From assembly GCF_000021865.1 (NCBI RefSeq), contig NC_014034.1, positions 2,550,001-2,582,000 on the forward strand: a stretch of 32,000 nt of DNA, given 5' to 3'. This document shows, one piece after another, positions 24,486-32,000 of the stretch. This DNA is from Rhodobacter capsulatus SB 1003. Lineage in GTDB: Bacteria; Pseudomonadota; Alphaproteobacteria; Rhodobacterales; Rhodobacteraceae. Every line of letters starts with the position of its first letter. Within the stretch, counting starts at the first letter, position 1. The notes beneath the pieces are model-generated. The model saw nothing but the letters and a program-made list of their open reading frames with translations. It made no database searches and was not told where the DNA came from. Position numbers and translations under genes: made by a program.

Positions 24486-25976
24486 ATGACCAAGACCCCT
24501 CTTCCCCTGACGACCCCGCGCCGCGCCCGACCGATCCTGATGGCGGTGCTGCTTTCCACCGCGCTCGCCCTTTCGCCCCTGGCGATGACGCCCGCCCAGG
24601 CGGGGCCGGTGCCCGAAAGCTTCGCCGATCTGGTCGTGCAGGTGAAACCGGCGGTGGTGATGATCACCACCTCGACCACAGTTTCCGAACCCGCCGGGCG
24701 CATGCCGGGCTTTCCGCCGGGCTCGCCCTTCGAAGAGTTCTTCAAGGAATTCGGCATGCCGAACATGCCGCAGGGCGGGCCGCAGCGGCAACACCGCGCC
24801 GATGCGCTGGGCTCGGGTTTCGTGATCTCGGCCGATGGCTACATCGTGACGAACAACCACGTCATCAAGGGCGAGGATGGCAACACCGTCGCCGATGAAA
24901 TCTCGATCGAATTCGCCAATGGCAAGAAGCTGGACGCGAAGATCGTCGGCACCGATCCGAAAACCGACATCGCGCTTTTGAAGGTCGAAAGCAAGGAGCC
25001 CCTGCCCTTTGTCAGCTTCGGCGACAGCGACACGATGCGCGAGGGCGACTGGGTGATGGCGATGGGCAACCCGCTGGGTCAGGGCTTCTCGACCTCGGTC
25101 GGTATCGTCTCGGCGCGCAACCGGGAACTGAGCGGCACCTATGGCGACTACATCCAGACCGATGCCGCGATCAACCGCGGCAACTCGGGCGGGCCCTTGT
25201 TCAGCATGGACGGCAAGGTGATCGGGGTGAACACCGCGATTCTCTCGCCCAATGGCGGCTCGATCGGGATCGGCTTTTCCATGGCCTCGAACGTGGTCTC
25301 GAAGGTCGTGGGCCAGCTGCAGGAATTCGGCGCCACCCGGCGCGGCTGGCTGGGCGTGAAGATCCAGGACCTGACCCCCGACATGGCCGAGGCGATGAGC
25401 CTGGCCACGCCCGAAGGCGCGATGGTGTCGGAAGTGCCCGAGGGCCCGGCCAAGGTGGCGGGGATGAAATCGGGCGACGTGATCATCAGCTTTGCCGGGG
25501 CGCCGGTGAAGGACACGAAATCGCTGACCCGCCGCGTCGCCGATGCGCCGGTGGGCCAGGCGGTCGATGTCGTGGTGATGCGCGCGGGCAAGCCGGTGAC
25601 GTTGCAGGTGACGCTGGGGCAGCGCGAACTGGCCGAAAGCAGCGAGGCGGCGGCGGGCGGCACGGCCCCGGCGCTGGCGGGCGGCGCGGTGCTGGGCATG
25701 GTGCTCTCGCCGATCACCGATGCGATGCGGGCCGAGCGCAACCTGCCCGAAGATCTGACCGGGCTGATGGTGACCGATATCGACGCGACCGGGGCGGCTT
25801 TTGACAAGGGGCTGCGGGCGGGCGACGTGATCGTCGAGGCCGGGCAGCAGCCGGTGACCTCGCTTGACGACCTGAAGGCCCGGGTGGCCGAGGCGAAAGA
25901 GGGCGGGCGCAAATCGGTGCTGCTTCTGATCCGGCGCGAGGGCGAGCCGCGTTTCGTCGCGGTGCCGCTGCAATAA
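24486..25976 (+). CDS. degP: Periplasmic serine endoprotease, DegP/HtrA (Do) family
   Basis: 496 aa with a signal peptide and the catalytic triad contexts TNNHV, DIALLK and GNSGGPL. Two PDZ domains are present. Confidence 0.93.
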   Translation: MTKTPLPLTTPRRARPILMAVLLSTALALSPLAMTPAQAGPVPESFADLVVQVKPAVVMITTSTTVSEPAGRMPGFPPGSPFEEFFKEFGMPNMPQGGPQRQHRADALGSGFVISADGYIVTNNHVIKGEDGNTVADEISIEFANGKKLDAKIVGTDPKTDIALLKVESKEPLPFVSFGDSDTMREGDWVMAMGNPLGQGFSTSVGIVSARNRELSGTYGDYIQTDAAINRGNSGGPLFSMDGKVIGVNTAILSPNGGSIGIGFSMASNVVSKVVGQLQEFGATRRGWLGVKIQDLTPDMAEAMSLATPEGAMVSEVPEGPAKVAGMKSGDVIISFAGAPVKDTKSLTRRVADAPVGQAVDVVVMRAGKPVTLQVTLGQRELAESSEAAAGGTAPALAGGAVLGMVLSPITDAMRAERNLPEDLTGLMVTDIDATGAAFDKGLRAGDVIVEAGQQPVTSLDDLKARVAEAKEGGRKSVLLLIRREGEPRFVAVPLQ

Positions 25977-26004
25977 TCGGCCCGGCGGGACCGGCTGAAC
26001 GGAG

Positions 26005-26030
26005 AAAGGCACCCTTCGGGGTGCCTTTTG
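26005..26030. terminator. Bidirectional intrinsic terminator between degP and the lipoprotein gene
   Basis: AAAGGCACCC-TTCG-GGGTGCCTTTT. The stem has A- and T-tracts on both sides and sits between convergent genes. Confidence 0.8.
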
Positions 26031-26032
26031 CG

Positions 26033-27078
<1,046 letters not shown>

Positions 27079-27088
27079 CATCGCGATG

Positions 27089-27115
27089 AAACGGCCGCCT
27101 TCGGGCGGCCTTTTG
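27089..27115 (+). terminator. Intrinsic terminator after the ferredoxin gene
   Basis: GGCCGCC-TTCG-GGCGGCC followed by TTTTG, 11 nt after the stop codon. Confidence 0.8.
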
Positions 27116-27160
27116 CCTGGGCGCGAAAGCGTTTCGCCTTGGCTTCGCCAAGGCGACCCG

Positions 27161-27330
27161 GCGGGGGCCGCCCCCGCACCCCCGGCGTATTTGCACCAGG
27201 AAAAGCCAAAGCCGTCCCCGGCAGGACCGAAGGCCTCAGGACCCCGGGCCCCTTTTATCTTGCCCAAAATATCCCGGGGGTCCGGGGCGGAGCCCCCGGC
27301 GGGTCGCCGGGGCGAAGCCGCGGCGAAATC
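27161..27330. repeat. Intergenic mosaic repeat, locus R6 (D-like hairpin, module A, module B inverted, module C)
   Basis: Components in order: GCGGGGGCCGCCCCCGC (27161-27177), GCGTATTTGCACCAGGAAAAG (27185-27205), ATCTTGCCCAAAATATCCCGGGG (27257-27279) and TCCGGGGCGGAGCCCCCGGCGGGTCGCCGGGGCGAAGCCGCGGCGAAATC (27281-27330). It is collinear with locus R8. Confidence 0.85.
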
Positions 27331-27506
27331 CCGGCCCCGGCAAGCGCCTGGGCGGGAAGATCGCGCGCCCCGGAGCAATTGCGACACGCCACCTGACGCT
27401 TTTTCGTCATTCGCGGTCGCATCCCGGCAGGCCCCTTGGCGCGGGGCGGGGAATATGTGCTAGACGCCTCCGAGACACTCTGTAGGGGCCGCGAAAGGAA
27501 CCGGGA

Positions 27507-28391
27507 ATGACCACCTATGTGCTGACCGTGAACTGCCACTCGACCCGCGGGATCGTGGCGGCGATTGCCAATTATCTGGCCGACAGCGGCTGCAACCTGA
27601 CCGATTCAAACCAGTATGACGACCTTCTGACCGGCCAGTTCTTCATGCGCGTCACCTTCGTGTCGCAGACGGGCGCGACGCTTGACAGCCTGAAGGCGGG
27701 CTTCGAGCCGGTGGCGCAAGAATTCGACATGGAATGGGCGATCCATGACGCCGAAAAGAAGGTCAAGGTCCTGCTGATGGTCTCGAACTTCGGCCATTGC
27801 CTGAACGACCTGCTTTACCGCTGGCGCATCGGCGCGCTGCCGGTCGAGATCGTCGGCGTGGTGTCGAACCACATGACCTATCAGAAGGTGGTGGTGAACC
27901 ACGACATCCCGTTCCACCACATCAAGGTGACGAAGGAAAACAAGCCCGAGGCCGAGGCGCATCTGCTCGATGTCGTCGAGGAATCGGGGGCCGAGCTGGT
28001 GGTTCTGGCGCGCTACATGCAGATCCTGTCGGACAAGCTCTGCCAGAAAATGTCGGGCAAGATCATCAACATCCACCATTCCTTCCTGCCGAGCTTCAAG
28101 GGCGCCAACCCCTACAAGCAGGCCTATGAGCGCGGCGTGAAGCTGATCGGTGCGACCTCGCACTATGTGACCGCGGATCTGGACGAAGGCCCGATCATCG
28201 AGCAGGAAACCGTCCGCATCACCCATGCGCAAAGCCCCGAGGATTACGTCAGCCTTGGCCGCGATGTCGAGGCGCTGGTGCTCGCCCGGGCGATCCACGC
28301 CCATGTGCAGCACCGCGTCTTCATCAACGGCAACAAGACCGTCGTCTTCCCGGCCTCGCCCGGCGGCTACACCTCGGAACGGATGGGCTGA
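27507..28391 (+). CDS. purU: Formyltetrahydrofolate deformylase
   Basis: 294 aa with an N-terminal ACT domain and a formyltransferase domain (NIHHSFLPSF, SHYVTADLDEGPII). Confidence 0.95.
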   Translation: MTTYVLTVNCHSTRGIVAAIANYLADSGCNLTDSNQYDDLLTGQFFMRVTFVSQTGATLDSLKAGFEPVAQEFDMEWAIHDAEKKVKVLLMVSNFGHCLNDLLYRWRIGALPVEIVGVVSNHMTYQKVVVNHDIPFHHIKVTKENKPEAEAHLLDVVEESGAELVVLARYMQILSDKLCQKMSGKIINIHHSFLPSFKGANPYKQAYERGVKLIGATSHYVTADLDEGPIIEQETVRITHAQSPEDYVSLGRDVEALVLARAIHAHVQHRVFINGNKTVVFPASPGGYTSERMG

Positions 28392-28411
28392 ACCGCAGCG
28401 ACGCCAAAGAA

Positions 28412-28556
28412 GGGGGGGGCGCTGCCCCCCTCTTGCCTTCGGCAATTCACCCCCCGGGATATTTGCGGCAAGATGAATGAGAAGCCCCGATCGTGCTTTA
28501 TCTTGCCGAAAATATCCCGGGGGGAGTCCGCTTGCGGACGGGGGGCAGCGCCCCCC
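28412..28556. repeat. Intergenic mosaic repeat, locus R7 (D - B/B inverted pair - D composite)
   Basis: Components in order: GGGGGGGGCGCTGCCCCCC (28412-28430), CCCCGGGATATTTGCGGCAAGAT (28452-28474), ATCTTGCCGAAAATATCCCGGGG (28500-28522) and GGGGGGCAGCGCCCCCC (28540-28556). The architecture and flanks (cttcggcaattcac; gagtccgcttgcggac) match locus R5. The element ends 4 nt from the pgi stop codon. Confidence 0.9.
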
Positions 28557-28560
28557 TTGC

Positions 28561-30171
28561 TCAGGCCCGCGCCGCGCGGATGCGTCGGGCGAGGCCGAGC
28601 GTCGAGCCGTCCTTGCCCGCGCCCTCCGAGCTGCCCTCGAGCACCGGAGCCAGCGCCAGCGCCAGTTCCTTGCCCAGCTCGACCCCCCATTGGTCGAAGC
28701 TGTTGATGCCCAGGATCACGCCCTCGACGAAGACCCGATGTTCGTAAAGCGCGACGATGCCGCCAAGCGTGAAGGGGGTGAGCACCTCGATCAGCAGCGT
28801 CGTCGAGGGGCGGTTGCCGGGGAAGACGCGGTGGCGGGCCTGGCGGTCCAGCTCTGCCCCGGTCAGGCCCTTTTTCGCCATGATCTCCGTCGCTTCCGCA
28901 AGCGAGCGGCCGCGCAGAAGCGCCTCGGACTGGGCCAGGCAATTGGCGACGAGCAGAAGGTGCTGATGTTCGAGATAGGGCTCGCGGCCCCGCGCAGCGA
29001 GGAGGAATTCGCAAGGCACGACCCGGGTGCCCTGATGGATCAGCTGGTAAAAGGCGTGCTGGCCGTTCGTGCCGGGCTCGCCCCAGACCACCGGACCGGA
29101 ATGCCAGGGCAGATCGGCGCCGTCCATCGAGACGCGCTTGCCGTTGCTCTCCATTTCCAGCTGCTGCAGATAGGCGGGCAGCCGGGCGAGGCGCTGTTCA
29201 TAGGGCAGCACGGCGCGGGTGGCATGGCCCAGCACCTGATTGTGCCAGATGCCGACCAGCGCGAGCAGAACGGGCAGGTTTTCCGCCAGCGGCGCCTCGC
29301 GGAAATGGCGGTCCATCGCGGCGGCGCCGGCGTGGAATTCGGCGAAATAGCCCGGGCCGATGCCGATCATCAGGCTGAGCCCGATCGGCGACCAGACCGA
29401 ATAGCGCCCGCCCACCCAATCCTCGAAGCCGAAGACGCGCTCGGGCGGGATGCCGAAAGCCGCCGTCCTGTCGGTCGCGGTCGAGATCGCGGAGAATTGC
29501 GCCGCCGGGTCCGTGACCTTCGCCGCCATCCAGGCGCGGGCGGTTTCGGCATTGGTCATCGTCTCGATCGTGGTGAAGGTCTTGGACGCCACGATCACCA
29601 GCGTCGTTTCCGGGTTCAGCCCCGAGAGCACGTCATGGGCATGGGCGCCATCGACATTCGAGATGAAATGCAGCCGCGGCCCGTCGGCAAAAGACGTGCA
29701 GGCGACCGAGGCCATCACCGGCCCCAGATCCGAGCCGCCGATGCCGATATTGACCACATCGGTAATCCGGCCCCCCTGCCCGGTGAAACGGCCCGTGCGC
29801 ACGTCTTCGGCGAAATCCTGCATCCGGCCAAGGGTGTCGCGCAAGGCGGGCATGACGTCGTGGCCATCGACCGTGATCGTGTCGCGGAAGTTGCGCCAGG
29901 CCATGTGCAGCACCGCCCGGCCCTCGGTCTCGTTGATCTTTTCGCCCGCGAACATCGCGTCGCGGCGTGCGGCAACGCCGGTCTTTTCCGCCAGATCGAT
30001 CAGCAGCTTCAGCCCCGCGGCATCGATGTTGGTTTTCGAGAAATCGAAGAACCAGGACCCGAATTCGGCGCTGAAACGGGCGGCGCGGTCGGGATCGGCG
30101 GCGAAAAGATCGAGGATATGCCGGTCCTTGACGGTCGCGGCATGGGCAAGAAGGTCATCGAAACGGTTCAT
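28561..30171 (-). CDS. pgi: Glucose-6-phosphate isomerase
   Basis: The start is placed at [11 protein letters not shown] (cat at 30169-30171), overlapping the pgl stop. 536 aa with PGI signatures (GIGGSDLGP; [18 protein letters not shown]). Confidence 0.95.
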   Translation of the reverse strand: MNRFDDLLAHAATVKDRHILDLFAADPDRAARFSAEFGSWFFDFSKTNIDAAGLKLLIDLAEKTGVAARRDAMFAGEKINETEGRAVLHMAWRNFRDTITVDGHDVMPALRDTLGRMQDFAEDVRTGRFTGQGGRITDVVNIGIGGSDLGPVMASVACTSFADGPRLHFISNVDGAHAHDVLSGLNPETTLVIVASKTFTTIETMTNAETARAWMAAKVTDPAAQFSAISTATDRTAAFGIPPERVFGFEDWVGGRYSVWSPIGLSLMIGIGPGYFAEFHAGAAAMDRHFREAPLAENLPVLLALVGIWHNQVLGHATRAVLPYEQRLARLPAYLQQLEMESNGKRVSMDGADLPWHSGPVVWGEPGTNGQHAFYQLIHQGTRVVPCEFLLAARGREPYLEHQHLLLVANCLAQSEALLRGRSLAEATEIMAKKGLTGAELDRQARHRVFPGNRPSTTLLIEVLTPFTLGGIVALYEHRVFVEGVILGINSFDQWGVELGKELALALAPVLEGSSEGAGKDGSTLGLARRIRAARA

Positions 30172-30842
30172 CAGGGGGCCCAATGGATGGTGGCGTTGGA
30201 AAGGACGATGCGCACCGGGGCCTCGGTTTCGGGAAGGCTTGCGGCACGCTCCAGTGCTGCGCGCTTTTCTGCACCGGTGATCAGGAGATGGCAATGCATG
30301 GCTGCGCGCAGGACGGGCGCGGTGAGCGTGATCCGCGGCTCGCCCGCGGCCTCCGCGCGCAGCGCCATCACCGGGGGGGCATCGGGGGCCAGCGCCTCGG
30401 CCAGACGGTCGGCGCCGGGGAAGAGCGAGGCCGTGTGCATGTCCGCCCCCATGCCCAGCATCAGCACGGTCAGCGGCAGCGCGGAACGGACGCCGTGGGA
30501 CAGTTCCTCCAGCCGCTCCTCGGGCGTTGCGGCGGGGGCGTAAAGCGGCACCAGATGGGCCAGCGCCGCAGCCCCCCGCAACAGCCGGTTGCGCAACAGC
30601 GCGGTGTTCGAACGCGGGCTGGTCTCATCGACCCAGCGCTCGTCATTCAGCATCACCCAGACCCGCGCCCAATCCAGATCCAGCCCCGAAAGGATGTCGA
30701 AGACCGGCCCGGGCGTGGTGCCGCCGGGCACGCACAGCGTCACCCGTTCCTCGACCTCCAAAGCGCGGCGCAGCTGGCTTGCGACCTTGTCGGCAAGCGC
30801 CAGCATCATCAATTCGCGGTCCGGATATTCGATCAGGTTCAT
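30171..30842 (-). CDS. pgl: 6-phosphogluconolactonase
   Basis: 223 aa with the LCVPGGTTP motif. It overlaps zwf by 4 nt and pgi by 1 nt, in zwf-pgl-pgi operon order. Confidence 0.88.
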   Translation of the reverse strand: MNLIEYPDRELMMLALADKVASQLRRALEVEERVTLCVPGGTTPGPVFDILSGLDLDWARVWVMLNDERWVDETSPRSNTALLRNRLLRGAAALAHLVPLYAPAATPEERLEELSHGVRSALPLTVLMLGMGADMHTASLFPGADRLAEALAPDAPPVMALRAEAAGEPRITLTAPVLRAAMHCHLLITGAEKRAALERAASLPETEAPVRIVLSNATIHWAP

Positions 30843-32000
30843 TCGCGGATCTCCCGCCAGCGACGGCCGTCGCGGTGCATCAGCATCAAGGCATCTTCCG
30901 GCCCCGAAGACCCGGCGTCATAGGGCCGCGGCCGGTCGCCCCGGGCCTCCCAGCCCGCGATGATCGGATCGGTCCAGGCCCAGGCGGCCTCGACCTCGTC
31001 GCCGCGCATGAAAAGGGTCTGGTTGCCGCGGATCACATCCATGATGAGGCGTTCATAAGCGTCAGGAATGTCGGCGCCATCCTCGCCCAGAGCCTCGGCA
31101 AAGGACATGTCAAGCGGCACCTGCACCAGACGCATCCCCCCCGGACCCGGTTCCTTGATCATCACTTTCAGATTCATGCCCTCGTCCGGTTGCAGCCGGA
31201 TGACAAGCACGTTTTCGCGCCAGCTGGCTTCTTCCTGATCGAAGATCGAATGCGGCGGCGCCTTGAAGGTGATGGCGATTTCACTGGCCCGGCCCCGCAG
31301 CCGCTTGCCGGTGCGCAGATAGAACGGCGTGCCCTGCCAGCGCCAGTTCGCCACCTGCACCTTGAGCGCGATATAGCTTTCGGTGCGGCTGTCGGGGTTT
31401 TCGCTGTCGGCCAGATAGCCCGGCTGCTCGGCCCGCCCGGCCGTGGCCTTCACGCCCAGATATTGCCCGCGCACGATGTCGGCCGCGGGAACGGGCTGCA
31501 AGGCCCGGATCACCTTGACCTTTTCATCGCGCACCGCATCGGGGTCGAAGTGATAGGGCGGCTCCATCGCGATCAGGCACAACAGCTGCATCAGGTGGTT
31601 TTGCACCATGTCGCGCATCGCGCCCGATTTGTCGTAATAGCTGCCGCGCCCGCCGACACCCACGGTTTCGGCCACGGTGATCTGCACATGGTCGATATAT
31701 TGTGCGTTCCAAAGCGGCTCGAACAGGATGTTGGCGAACCGCACCGCCATCAGGTTCTGCACCGTCTCCTTGCCCAGATAATGGTCGATCCGGTAGATCT
31801 GGCTTTCCTCGAAATGCGCGGCCAAGGTGGCGTTCAAGGCCCGGGCCGAGGCCAGATCGCGGCCGAAGGGTTTTTCCACCACGATGCGCGACTGATCCCC
31901 GGCGATCCCATGCGCCTTGAGCCGGTCGGCCAGGGGGCCGAACAGCATCGGCGCGACCGAGAAATAGAAGGCATTGATCCGCGCGGGATCGACCTTGGCC
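30839..32000 (-). CDS. zwf: Glucose-6-phosphate 1-dehydrogenase (5' end outside the window)
   Basis: The RIDHYLGKE active-site motif and a conserved C-terminal domain are present. The reading frame stays open to the window edge, so the N-terminus is missing. Confidence 0.93.
   Translation of the reverse strand, partial: AKVDPARINAFYFSVAPMLFGPLADRLKAHGIAGDQSRIVVEKPFGRDLASARALNATLAAHFEESQIYRIDHYLGKETVQNLMAVRFANILFEPLWNAQYIDHVQITVAETVGVGGRGSYYDKSGAMRDMVQNHLMQLLCLIAMEPPYHFDPDAVRDEKVKVIRALQPVPAADIVRGQYLGVKATAGRAEQPGYLADSENPDSRTESYIALKVQVANWRWQGTPFYLRTGKRLRGRASEIAITFKAPPHSIFDQEEASWRENVLVIRLQPDEGMNLKVMIKEPGPGGMRLVQVPLDMSFAEALGEDGADIPDAYERLIMDVIRGNQTLFMRGDEVEAAWAWTDPIIAGWEARGDRPRPYDAGSSGPEDALMLMHRDGRRWREIRE

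Noticed and set aside
27281-27506. Possible riboswitch in the long purU leader, such as ZTP/pfl-like GCGCCTGGGCGG at ~27345-27356.
   Set aside because: The upstream half is module C of the repeat family (also found at 5839-5884). The conserved ZTP elements (GACUGGCG-type 5' subdomain and CCGCCUGGGC pseudoknot partner in correct spacing) are not present.

Overview
High-GC alphaproteobacterial chromosomal core region of Rhodobacterales type. From memory, the 2Fe-2S ferredoxin at 26755-27078 looks like Rhodobacter capsulatus FdVI; I could not verify this here. I call 30 protein-coding genes, nearly all housekeeping. In order: a COG0523 GTPase; the 5' part of the dcw cluster (mraZ-rsmH-ftsL-ftsI, minus strand); apbC/mrp; a DUF1127 small protein; rlmJ; yciB; ftsY; an alkB-type monooxygenase; xseA; purD; sdaA; a Hint-domain protein; rpiA; gor; hflK-hflC-DUF2065-degP; a PG-binding lipoprotein; the ferredoxin; purU; and pgi-pgl-zwf (zwf runs off the window end). 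I see no rRNA, tRNA, CRISPR array, transposase, integrase, phage gene or recognisable defence gene. I do not see a convincing new protein-based system. The features not explained by the coding genes are RNA or DNA elements. (1) An array of eight hairpins, each with a CCUCCUCCC loop, lies directly downstream of the DUF1127 gene. This matches the known CcaF1/CcsR ('cuckoo') sRNA architecture and is probably unannotated here. (2) A dense modular family of structured intergenic repeats, RIME/BIME/MITE-like, occurs at 8 or more loci in 32 kb. The copies fill convergent gene gaps and end within 0-9 nt of stop codons, and one carries a nested palindromic insertion. (3) A perfect AT-rich 16-bp palindrome sits in the sdaA/Hint-gene divergent region. 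(4) A Zur-box-like site sits in front of the COG0523 gene. Many long ORFs in the supplied track are GC-rich antisense shadow ORFs or run through the repeats, and I rejected them.
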